Of a stretch of DNA of 23,993 bases, positions 8,238 through 15,563 are shown piece after piece. The notes beneath the pieces were generated by a model. It ran no database searches and was not told the DNA's origin. It worked only from the letters and a program-made list of their open reading frames with translations. Source of the DNA: an uncultured Synergistia bacterium. GTDB taxonomy: Bacteria; Synergistota; Synergistia; CAYRKT01. The first letter of the stretch is position 1. Every line of letters starts with the position of its first letter. The position numbers and the translations under genes were made by a program. The stretch lies in contig CAYRKT010000020.1 in the NCBI GenBank assembly GCA_964425005.1, positions 1-23,993 on the forward strand, read 5' to 3'.

Positions 8238-8665
8238 GCTGGAAGGAGGTTCTGAGGGGGCTGGGCCTCAGGTCCACGCGGCCGAGGCTCCTGGTGCTGA
8301 GCCTGCTGGAGTTGGAGGGCAGACCCATGTCCCCTAGCGAGCTGTCCTCCTTTTTAGAGGGAGCGGTGGACAGGGTCACGGTCTACAGGGTCCTGAGCAG
8401 CTTGAAGGAGGCTGGGCTCCTCCACAAGGTGGTGGGTAAGGACGGGGTTTCAAGGTTCTCCTTGAACCACCTGAGGTCCGCCAGGTGCGAGGGGGGACAT
8501 CCCCATTTCCTCTGCGAGGAGTGTGGTAGGATGTTTTGCCTTAGGAGCGAGGGCATACCTCGCGTTAGGGCGCCGCAGGGCTTTAAGGTCAGGGGCAAAC
8601 AGCTTCTTCTGTATGGTATCTGCGGTGAGTGTGGTAGGACGAAAGATTTGCGAGAGGGCAGGTGA
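8189..8665 (+). CDS. Fur family transcriptional regulator (Fur/Zur/PerR-like)
   Basis: A winged-helix N-terminus (LRSTRPRLLVLSLL...SPSELS...VDRVTVYRVLSSLKEAGLL) is followed by the metal-site pattern GHPHFLCEECG...GICGECG (H-x-H-x2-C-x2-C ... C-x2-C). The start is GTG at 8189; an in-frame TTG at 8234 is an alternative. Confidence 0.7.
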   Translation: MRGVRVPSLLLRRQALSWKEVLRGLGLRSTRPRLLVLSLLELEGRPMSPSELSSFLEGAVDRVTVYRVLSSLKEAGLLHKVVGKDGVSRFSLNHLRSARCEGGHPHFLCEECGRMFCLRSEGIPRVRAPQGFKVRGKQLLLYGICGECGRTKDLREGR

Positions 8666-8672
8666 TCCGTTC

Positions 8673-9476
8673 ATGTCCACGGCGAGGGAGGAATCGGTTT
8701 TCCTCAAGCTGGCCGAGGATCTGGCCAGAGGGCAGAAGGGTATACTGGCGATGGTGGTGAGGAGCGAGGGGTCTGCCCCCAGGAACGTGGGCGCCTGCAT
8801 GTGGATAAGGCCCGACATGTCCATAGAGGGCACCGTGGGCGGTGGCGAGCTCGAGCACAGGGTGATGCGGGAGGCCAAGGCTATGTTCGAGGAGGGCAGG
8901 CCCGAGAGCCTAATGGGGATGGATCTGGTAGAGGGTGCCTCGGGAATGCTCTGCGGAGGCAGGGTTGAGGTCTTCCTCAAGACGCTGGGATCCTCCGACG
9001 AGCTCTTGGTATTCGGTGGAGGCCACGTGGGGAGGGCCGTGGCCAAGCTGGGGGTATTCCTGGGCTTCGACGTGGTAGTTTGGGACGATCGGCCGGAGTT
9101 CTGCGACGTCTCAGAGCTGGGGGCCAGGGGCATATGCTCGCCTCTAGAGAGCTTCTTCGAACACCACCCACCGCTGAGCCCCAGGAGTTACGTCGTCATA
9201 TGCACCAGAGGGCACGCCATGGACGCGAACGTGGTGGAGATGCTCAAGGACTCAAATCCCGCCTACATAGGGATGATAGGCTCAAGGGCCAAGGTGGCCG
9301 CCCTGCGGGAGAAATTGCTGGAGAGGGGGGTCCCCAAGGAGCACCTCGACCGCATATATCAGCCCATAGGGTTGACCATCGGTGCTGAGACCCCGGAGGA
9401 GATAGCTCTGTCCATAATGGCGGAGATAGTGGCCGTGAGGAGGGGTAAGGATGTTTCCTCTCTTCGCAAGTGGTAG
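8673..9476 (+). CDS. xdhC: XdhC/CoxI family xanthine dehydrogenase accessory (Mo cofactor insertion) protein
   Basis: ATG at 8673 (MSTAREESVFLKLAEDLARGQKGILAMVV...). It carries an XdhC N-terminal domain and an XdhC Rossmann domain (LLVFGGGHVGRAVAKLG...IGMIGSRAKV). The track's 8523 start is an upstream in-frame extension. Confidence 0.85.
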   Translation: MSTAREESVFLKLAEDLARGQKGILAMVVRSEGSAPRNVGACMWIRPDMSIEGTVGGGELEHRVMREAKAMFEEGRPESLMGMDLVEGASGMLCGGRVEVFLKTLGSSDELLVFGGGHVGRAVAKLGVFLGFDVVVWDDRPEFCDVSELGARGICSPLESFFEHHPPLSPRSYVVICTRGHAMDANVVEMLKDSNPAYIGMIGSRAKVAALREKLLERGVPKEHLDRIYQPIGLTIGAETPEEIALSIMAEIVAVRRGKDVSSLRKW

Positions 9477-10197
9477 GTCGATAGCATATTCGCTTTTAGC
9501 CGCCTTGTTGCCCGCTTGCTTGCTGCCTACGGCCTCCTTCGCCGAGGTTTTGGTGGGTTCGGCCGCGGGGGTTAGACAGCTTGTGGACGAAGCGGTGGAG
9601 CATTTCAAGGACTCGAAGGGCGTTGTGGTCTCCGCGTCTTATAGCTCCTCCGGCAAGCTCTTTCAGCAGATCTTATCCGGCGCCCCCTTCGACGTGTTCG
9701 TCAGCGCTCATCCCTCCTGGGTGGACCGGCTAGAAAAGGGGGGAGTGAAGCTACTGCGCAGGGATTGGGCTGAGCTGGACACCGTGGTTTGGTCCGTCAA
9801 GGAGGGTTTCGGCAGGATCTCCTCTGTCCTTGAGGGGAAGGGCGTTTACGCCACGGTCGACCCCTCCGTTGGTCCCTCCGGCGAGATGGCCGTTAAGTTC
9901 CTTAAGGACAGGGGGGTTTACGAGGACCTGATCTCGAGGAAAAGGCTGGTCTTCCTGCCCGATACCACAAGGGTCGTGCTGGCCGTGAGATCGGGCGCTG
10001 TGGACGGAGCCCTCCTAGCGGCTGTCGCCGTCAGGTCCCTGGAGGGGGAGTCGGAGGTCCTGCCGGGTTACTCCCTGGTGGCGACGGTGGCGCTCCTCTC
10101 GCTGGAGAAGGAGGAGGCCAGGTCCTTCTTCGATTTCATGTTCTCCAAGTCCTTCAGGGTATCGCTGATAAAGCTCGGCGCGAGGCCTCTCTTCTAG
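9451..10197 (+). CDS. modA: Molybdate ABC transporter periplasmic substrate-binding protein
   Basis: ATG at 9451 after GAGGAGGGGTAAGG. It has an N-terminal signal peptide with a possible lipobox (LLPAC). The ModA-like body contains VVVSASYSSSGKLFQQILSGAPFDVFVSA. It overlaps the xdhC 3' end by 26 nt. Confidence 0.85.
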   Translation: MFPLFASGRSIAYSLLAALLPACLLPTASFAEVLVGSAAGVRQLVDEAVEHFKDSKGVVVSASYSSSGKLFQQILSGAPFDVFVSAHPSWVDRLEKGGVKLLRRDWAELDTVVWSVKEGFGRISSVLEGKGVYATVDPSVGPSGEMAVKFLKDRGVYEDLISRKRLVFLPDTTRVVLAVRSGAVDGALLAAVAVRSLEGESEVLPGYSLVATVALLSLEKEEARSFFDFMFSKSFRVSLIKLGARPLF

Positions 10198-10208
10198 GAG
10201 GGTGAGCT

Positions 10209-10853
10209 TTGGGGGAAGCTCTCTGGTTGTCCGTTAAGGTTTCGTTGGTCTCGCTTCCGGCGGTGTTCCTGGTGGGCCTCGCCTTGGGCTTCCTCTTGAG
10301 CCGGGGTCCGAGGTTTCTGGCCGTGCCGATCTCTTACGCCCTGCAGCTCGCCATGATACTTCCCCCCTCCGTCCTGGGGCTCTACTTGCTTACGGCCCTC
10401 GGCAGCGCTCCCTGGGGTATCGGGAGGAAGCTGCTCTTCTCTTACCACGCCTGTGTGCTTGCAGCCTTCGTGAGCGCTCTGCCCATAATGGTTCAGTTCT
10501 CCAGGGCGGCCTTCATGGGCATCCCAGCCTCGCTGGAGGAGGCCGCTATGGTCCTGGGCCGGCAGAGGTGGGAGGTGTTCTTCAAGGTCCTTCTACCTAT
10601 AGCCAGGCCTAAGCTCATCTTGGGCATCGCGATGGCAGGCGTCAGGGCCATGGGGGATTTCGGCCTGACCCTCACCATAGCCGGCAACATCCCCGGCAGA
10701 ACCCAGACTCTCCCCCTCTACGTCTTCAGCAGGGCCGAGGTGCTGGACATGCGGGGTGCCCATCTGGCCTCCCTGGTCTTGCTCCTTTTGGGCTTGGCTT
10801 CGGTTTTGATGTTATCTCGCCTGGAGGGCGAAAAGCGTGAGCTTCATCCTTGA
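10209..10853 (+). CDS. modB: Molybdate ABC transporter permease
   Basis: TTG start at 10209, 7 nt after AGGAGGG. It carries the ABC type-1 permease signature EEAAMVLGRQRWEVFFKVLLP with 5-6 TM segments. Confidence 0.85.
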   Translation: MGEALWLSVKVSLVSLPAVFLVGLALGFLLSRGPRFLAVPISYALQLAMILPPSVLGLYLLTALGSAPWGIGRKLLFSYHACVLAAFVSALPIMVQFSRAAFMGIPASLEEAAMVLGRQRWEVFFKVLLPIARPKLILGIAMAGVRAMGDFGLTLTIAGNIPGRTQTLPLYVFSRAEVLDMRGAHLASLVLLLLGLASVLMLSRLEGEKRELHP

Positions 10854-11937
10854 CGTGGAGGTGGAGCACCGCAAAGGTTCTTTCGCCCTCTCGGCCCGCA
10901 TGAGGGTTAGCGCCCCCATCTCGGTGGTGTTCGGTCCTAGCGGCTCCGGCAAGAGCACGCTGCTCAGGGTCTTGGCGGGTTTAGAGAGGGCTAGCGGAAG
11001 GTGCCTGATATCGCTCAAGGGCAGGGTCCTGGTGGATTCGGAAAGGGGCGTTTTCGTGGAGCCACAGAGGAGGAGTATTTCCTTGGTCTTCCAGGACCTG
11101 GCGCTCTTTCCCAACATGACCGTCCTGGAGAACCTCCTCTTCGCCCTCCCCAGGTCCGCGAGGGGGCTAAAGCGATCCACTGATCTGGCGCTGGAATGGC
11201 TCTGCAGGTTCGGGTTGAACGGTTTCGAGGACAGGTACCCGAGTCAGCTGTCCCGGGGGCAGAGGCAGCGAGTGGCCCTGGCCAGGGCGATCATGTCCGA
11301 GCCGGACCTGCTGTTGTTGGACGAGCCCTTTAGCTCCCTGGATGGCCCCATGAGGGTTAACCTCAGGAGGGAGCTGATAAAGCTGCAGAGGGAGAAGGGT
11401 ATACCCATGATCTACGTGTCCCATCACCTGGACGATGTGGTGGAGCTGGGGGAGGAATCGTTCTTCATGGAGAGCGGCAGGCTGGTGGCTGTGCTGGACA
11501 GGAGCAAGCTCTGTCGCTCCCCATCTCCGGAGTGGGGGCGGCACATCCTGGATAGCTTCGGCAACGTACTGGAGGGACTTCTCTTGCCCGGAGAGGGGGG
11601 CTATCGCTTGTTCGAGGGGGAGGGTTTCAGGTTTCTGGTCAAGGGTGGCGAGGGTTTAGGCGCCTCTTTGCTGTTCGTCCCCCCGAGCGATCTGAAGCTG
11701 ATCTACCCGGACTTACCCTTGAGCTACCCCCTGAGCTGCAACCTGGTGGAGGGGGAGATAGAGGAGGTTAGGGAGGCCTCCTCCTCTCGTTTTTTGTTGA
11801 TCAGGAGCGGTTGCAAGCTGTGGAGGGCTGAGCATCACAGGAGTAGCTACGCCAGGTTGAACCTCGGGGTGGGGAAGAGGATCCGGTTCTCTTTCATGCC
11901 TGACGGTGCCAGCGTGTTTCTGAAGGGTGGGGCTTGA
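10837..11937 (+). CDS. modC: Molybdate ABC transporter ATP-binding protein with C-terminal TOBE/Mop-like domain
   Basis: Walker A GPSGSGKST, the ABC signature LSRGQRQRVALARA and Walker B LLLLDEP are all present. A C-terminal extension of about 130 aa is typical of ModC. The start is GTG at 10837, overlapping the modB stop. Confidence 0.85.
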   Translation: MSFILDVEVEHRKGSFALSARMRVSAPISVVFGPSGSGKSTLLRVLAGLERASGRCLISLKGRVLVDSERGVFVEPQRRSISLVFQDLALFPNMTVLENLLFALPRSARGLKRSTDLALEWLCRFGLNGFEDRYPSQLSRGQRQRVALARAIMSEPDLLLLDEPFSSLDGPMRVNLRRELIKLQREKGIPMIYVSHHLDDVVELGEESFFMESGRLVAVLDRSKLCRSPSPEWGRHILDSFGNVLEGLLLPGEGGYRLFEGEGFRFLVKGGEGLGASLLFVPPSDLKLIYPDLPLSYPLSCNLVEGEIEEVREASSSRFLLIRSGCKLWRAEHHRSSYARLNLGVGKRIRFSFMPDGASVFLKGGA

Positions 11938-13012
11938 GTTGAGGTTCGGCGCGATAGTGCTGGCCGCGGGTGCGGGCAGGAGATTAGGGACGCCCAAGGC
12001 CCTGGCCCAGCTGGGCGGGGAGAGCTTCCTCGAGAGGGCGGTTAAGGCCCTCAGGGGTGGGGGCGTCTCGAAGATCCTGGTGGTCGGCGGTTGCTCCTTC
12101 GACGAGGTCGAGAGAGGGGCCTCGAGGCTAGGCGTTTCGGTGGTCTTCAACCCTAACTGGGAGGGGGATATGTTCTCCTCGGTTAAAGTTGGGGTGGGAG
12201 CGATGGGGGATGAGGTCGACGCCTTCTTCGTCCTGCCCGTGGATCATCCCTTGGTTAGGCCCTGCACCATCAGGTCTCTGGCGCTCGCCTGGAGGGGAAG
12301 GCCTCTGTACCTGGTCCCCACCTTCGCGGGCAGAAGAGGTCACCCCCCGCTCATCTCCTCCTCCCTAAAGCTTTACCTCCTGGAGCACGAGGGAGAAGGC
12401 GGCTTGTCGGCCTTTCTGCGGCGTTTCGAGGGAAGGGAGGTCCCCACCTGGGACAAGGGCGTGGTGATGGGCGTCAACTCGAAGGAGGATCTGCGCGAGG
12501 CTCAGAGGATGTTGGGGAGGGCCAATAGACCGACCGAGGAGGAGTGCCTCGAGCTGCTCTCGCTCCTTGGGGCTTCGGATAGGATAGTGAGGCATTGTCT
12601 AAAGGTCAAAGAGGTCGCCATGGGGATAGCCCGTTTCGTGGAGGGCGTGGACCTGGACCTCCTGGAGAGCGCCTCCCTGCTCCATGACCTGGCGAGGGGT
12701 AGGAGCAGGCACGACGCGTTGGCCCATCGTTTCCTCCGTTGCCTCGGTTTGGTTGAGGTGGCAGAGGTCGTCCTGCGCCACATGGAGCTGCTCGATCCGG
12801 GATCCTCCTCCTGGGAACAGAAGATACTGTTTCTGGCCGATAAGCTGGTGGTGGAGGACGAGCTGGTTGGCCTGGAGGCGCGCCTCCATAGGGCCCTCTC
12901 CAGGGTCGGCGACGCGGAGGGCTTGGCATCTGCTCGAAGGCGAATCGGCCAGGCCGAGGCGATCCTCGAGGAGCTCAGGTCTAGGGGTTTCGACCTCGGG
13001 GCGCTCCTGTGA
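11927..13012 (+). CDS. MobA/MocA-like molybdenum cofactor nucleotidyltransferase fused to a C-terminal HD phosphohydrolase domain
   Basis: The N-terminus AIVLAAGAGRRLGTPKALAQLGG...LPVDHPLV is a MobA-like NTP-transferase fold, probably a MocA-type cytidylyltransferase for the MCD cofactor of xanthine-dehydrogenase-family enzymes. The C-terminal half carries an HD motif (LLHDLAR...H...D). The start is GTG at 11927, overlapping the modC stop; TTG at 11939 is an alternative. Confidence 0.8.
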   Translation: MGLELRFGAIVLAAGAGRRLGTPKALAQLGGESFLERAVKALRGGGVSKILVVGGCSFDEVERGASRLGVSVVFNPNWEGDMFSSVKVGVGAMGDEVDAFFVLPVDHPLVRPCTIRSLALAWRGRPLYLVPTFAGRRGHPPLISSSLKLYLLEHEGEGGLSAFLRRFEGREVPTWDKGVVMGVNSKEDLREAQRMLGRANRPTEEECLELLSLLGASDRIVRHCLKVKEVAMGIARFVEGVDLDLLESASLLHDLARGRSRHDALAHRFLRCLGLVEVAEVVLRHMELLDPGSSSWEQKILFLADKLVVEDELVGLEARLHRALSRVGDAEGLASARRRIGQAEAILEELRSRGFDLGALL

Positions 13013-13034
13013 GGAGGGCGATCGGGAAGGGTGG

Positions 13035-13060
13035 CCTGGGGCGAGATGGCTCGCCCCAGG
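13035..13060. terminator. Bidirectional stem-loop between convergent genes
   Basis: CCTGGGGCGAG-ATGG-CTCGCCCCAGG forms a perfect 11 bp stem with a 4 nt loop. It lies in the 54 bp gap between the converging mocA-HD and encapsulin genes. Neither strand has a clear U-tract. Confidence 0.4.
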
Positions 13061-13066
13061 CCGGCC

Positions 13067-13852
13067 TCACTCGAACAGGACTATGGCGTCGGGGTTAGCC
13101 ACGTGGAAGGTGAAGGTCTCCGTGAAGTAGAGGTGGACCTCCGTCTCGGAGCTGCAACAGTAGCCTATGGTCACGTCCTGCCCCAGCACGATCCTCATGT
13201 TCTCGCTGGAGGGCGATAGGAGGATGCCCTTCTCCAACCTGGGGCAGAGGACGACCTCCGAGACCCCCGCGTCCTCCGCCAGCTCCATGAGGCTCTCCGT
13301 GCTCTTGGAGAAGGCCTCAGCCCACAGGGCTGGGTTGACCACCAAGACGTATGGCCCCTTGACCCCCTTGGATATCATAGCGCCCATCGCCTTGAACAGC
13401 TGTCTGGTCAAGCTCTGAGGGGTTCCCTCTATGGGCATCCTGACCGGGGCTAACCTCTCGAGGCCCGCTATGCAGGCCTCGTCCAGCCCCTTCAATATGG
13501 CCCTGTCCTCGAACTCCGCCAGCTCCAGCGCAGCCCTCTCCATGGAGGAGAAGTCGACCACGAAGTTACCCCTGTAGAGGTTGTCCAGCTCCCAGAGGCT
13601 CAGCTTGAAGGGCGCCCTCACCTCCACCAGAGGGAGGACGGCCCGAACGCCCCAACCCAGGGCATCCGGTGGGTTCTTGAGGTTGTTCAGGCTTCCCAGC
13701 GGGTAGGCGTTGTAGTCGAAGCCGTAGGGGCCCTCGACCTCCAGGAATTGCCTGCAGAAGAGGTTGCTCGTCAGTACCTCCCTGGCCCTTGACTCTATCT
13801 CCGCCCAGCCGCGCTCCCCTATGGGGGCTAGCTCTCTCCTGAAGAGGTCCAT
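13067..13852 (-). CDS. Family 1 encapsulin nanocompartment shell protein (HK97-fold, linocin M18-like)
   Basis: The start is at the internal Met MDLFRRELAPIG (ATG at 13852, SD AGGAGGTGA upstream). The sequence matches remembered Thermotoga maritima encapsulin blocks closely: LWELDNLYRGNFVVDFSSMERAALELAEFEDRAILKG, GPYVLVVNPALW, LGQDVTIGY and YFTETFTFHVANPDAIVLFE. The track's longer 314 aa frame is an upstream extension. Confidence 0.9.
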   Translation of the reverse strand: MDLFRRELAPIGERGWAEIESRAREVLTSNLFCRQFLEVEGPYGFDYNAYPLGSLNNLKNPPDALGWGVRAVLPLVEVRAPFKLSLWELDNLYRGNFVVDFSSMERAALELAEFEDRAILKGLDEACIAGLERLAPVRMPIEGTPQSLTRQLFKAMGAMISKGVKGPYVLVVNPALWAEAFSKSTESLMELAEDAGVSEVVLCPRLEKGILLSPSSENMRIVLGQDVTIGYCCSSETEVHLYFTETFTFHVANPDAIVLFE

Positions 13853-13866
13853 GTGCCCTTCACCTC

Positions 13867-14208
13867 CTAGCGCTTGATCTTGCCTATGCCGAGCCCAGAG
13901 GGAGAGCTGGAACTGCCTTGGGAGCCCTCCTCTATGGCCAGCAGATCTCCTTCGGTGAAGAGATAGGTCCTGAGCGCCTTGTCCCAACCTGGCATGTGGC
14001 GCCTGAGCCACTCCAGAAGCATCGCGGCGTGCTCCATCTCCTCCTCCTTGTTGTGCCTGACTACCCCCTTTATCGTGGGGTCAGAGGTAGTGGCCTCCCT
14101 CTGGTGATACCAGGAGACGGCTTCGATCTCCTCCTTGAGGCTGGTGAGCGCCCTGACGTAGTCCACGTCCTCCTTGGACATCATCTCCGCGGGGTAGTGG
14201 AGATCCAT
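13867..14208 (-). CDS. Encapsulated ferritin-like protein (EncFtn/Flp cargo) with C-terminal encapsulin targeting peptide
   Basis: The EncFtn core motifs are present: EEIEAVSWYHQR...HNKEEEMEHAAMLLEWLRR...LRTYLFTEG. The C-terminus ends in a Gly/Ser linker plus GLGIGKIKR, which resembles the family-1 cargo-loading peptide (GSLxIGSLK-like). It sits 14 nt upstream of the shell gene on the same strand. Confidence 0.85.
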   Translation of the reverse strand: MDLHYPAEMMSKEDVDYVRALTSLKEEIEAVSWYHQREATTSDPTIKGVVRHNKEEEMEHAAMLLEWLRRHMPGWDKALRTYLFTEGDLLAIEEGSQGSSSSPSGLGIGKIKR

Positions 14209-14239
14209 CAGCTCTTTTCCCCCTTTCTTAGAGTTTTTG

Positions 14240-14258
14240 ACGGATCCGTTGTTATAAT
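14240..14258 (+). promoter_or_regulatory. Extended -10 promoter candidate (TGtTATAAT) for the GGDEF gene
   Basis: GTTGTTATAATTT lies in the 95 bp divergent intergenic region. TTGACG sits upstream with a short (10 nt) spacer, so the promoter is probably dependent on the extended -10. Confidence 0.35.
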
Positions 14259-14270
14259 TTTAGCACAGGT
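14250..14270 (-). promoter_or_regulatory. Extended -10 promoter candidate (TGcTAAAAT on - strand) for the EncFtn-encapsulin operon
   Basis: The reverse complement of 14250-14262 reads TGTGCTAAAATTA. A TTCAAA -35-like element lies about 18 nt upstream on the - strand. The pair is divergent and partly overlapping with the + strand candidate. Confidence 0.3.
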
Positions 14271-14303
14271 TCGATCTCCGGTTTTGAAACGGGGGCAAGG
14301 GAT

Positions 14304-15563
14304 TTGAGGAGATGGATCTACCTGGGGGCGATGGTCCTCGCGCTCTGGGGCGTATCCATGAAGAACTTCCTTTTCTTTCACACGGCGGTGGAGTTCATGG
14401 CGATATTCACCGCCTTCTTCATCGCCCTCTTGGGTTTGTCCACCCGATCCTTCGCCAAGAACAAGCTCTTCGCCAAGCTGGGAAGCCTCTACCTCTTCGT
14501 CGGCGTGGTGGACTTCTTCCACACCCTGGCCTTCAAGGGGATGGGGGTCTTCCCTCATTTCACGGCGAACGAGCCCACCCAGCTGTGGATATTGGGCAGG
14601 TCCGTCGAGGTCTTGGGGCTCCTCCTCTTGTTCGCCGCGCCGAACCTATCCCTCGAGTCAGCGTCGGTGGCCTTCGCCCTCTCGTCGGCGCTGGGGGTCT
14701 GGTCGGTGTTCGAGGGGGTCTTTCCCGACTGCTTCGTCGAGGGGGAGGGACTCACCACCTTCAAGGTGGTCTCCGAGTACGCCCTCGTGGCGGTGGTGGT
14801 ACTCCTCCTCGCCAGGCTAAAGAGCTCCGAGGAGGCTGAGCTGGTGGAGTTCAGGGGGACCCTCTTTCCTGCCCTCCTCTTCACCGCCCTGGCCGAGCTC
14901 TCCTTCACCCTCTACGAGGACGTGTACGGTTTCTACATAGTGGTGGGTCACCTTTTCAGGTTCCTCTCCTACTACACGGTGTTCGAGGGGCTCCTGCTGC
15001 AGGCTCTGCTTAACCCCGTCAGGGTGCTCTCCTCTCAGCTTCTGGATGAGAAGAGGCGTTACGAAGTCCTGGCCTACCTGGACCAGCTCACGGGCCTTGA
15101 AAACAGGCACTTCTTTAACAGGTGGGTTGAGGAGATGGAAAAAGACCCGTCCACCTTCGAGAGGAACCTGCCCGTGGCCCTGGTCCTCCTGGACGTGGAC
15201 GGCTTCAAGAGCATAAACGACACCTATGGGCACGTCCAGGGGGATGCCGTCTTGGCGTTCGTGGGGAGGTGCATCAGGTCCTCCGTGAGGAGGGGGGATT
15301 TGGCCGTGAGGTTCGGCGGCGACGAGTTCTTGCTGGTCCTGCCTAACTGCTCCGAGGAGCAGGCCCTCGAAGTGGTGGTGAGGATCCAGAGCGACATAAG
15401 GGCGAAGAACTCCTTCCCCCACGCCATCTCCCTGAGCTTCGGCGTGGCCTCCCTCGCGAGCAGCGACTGCGGGAAGCTCAGGGACGCGCTGATCGCCGCC
15501 GACAAAGCCCTCTACGAGATGAAGCGCAGCAAGGGGTGGGTCCCCCGCGTCAGAACCGGCTAA
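14304..15563 (+). CDS. Membrane-anchored GGDEF-domain diguanylate cyclase with N-terminal multi-TM sensor domain
   Basis: The N-terminal roughly 230 aa are hydrophobic with 6-7 predicted TM helices. The C-terminal GGDEF domain has an intact active site (RFGGDEFLL) and an upstream RxxD-like region. The start is TTG at 14304 or ATG at 14331. Confidence 0.8.
   Translation: MRRWIYLGAMVLALWGVSMKNFLFFHTAVEFMAIFTAFFIALLGLSTRSFAKNKLFAKLGSLYLFVGVVDFFHTLAFKGMGVFPHFTANEPTQLWILGRSVEVLGLLLLFAAPNLSLESASVAFALSSALGVWSVFEGVFPDCFVEGEGLTTFKVVSEYALVAVVVLLLARLKSSEEAELVEFRGTLFPALLFTALAELSFTLYEDVYGFYIVVGHLFRFLSYYTVFEGLLLQALLNPVRVLSSQLLDEKRRYEVLAYLDQLTGLENRHFFNRWVEEMEKDPSTFERNLPVALVLLDVDGFKSINDTYGHVQGDAVLAFVGRCIRSSVRRGDLAVRFGGDEFLLVLPNCSEEQALEVVVRIQSDIRAKNSFPHAISLSFGVASLASSDCGKLRDALIAADKALYEMKRSKGWVPRVRTG

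Noticed and set aside
8523-8672. An upstream start for xdhC at 8523
   Set aside because: It would overlap the Fur-family gene by 143 nt. The XdhC-family N-terminus begins at MSTAREES (ATG 8673).
14240-14262. A PerR/Fur box (TTATAATnATTATAA-like) in the encapsulin promoter
   Set aside because: Only a single TTATAAT half-site is present, and there is no inverted partner. The site cannot be distinguished from the -10 hexamer itself.
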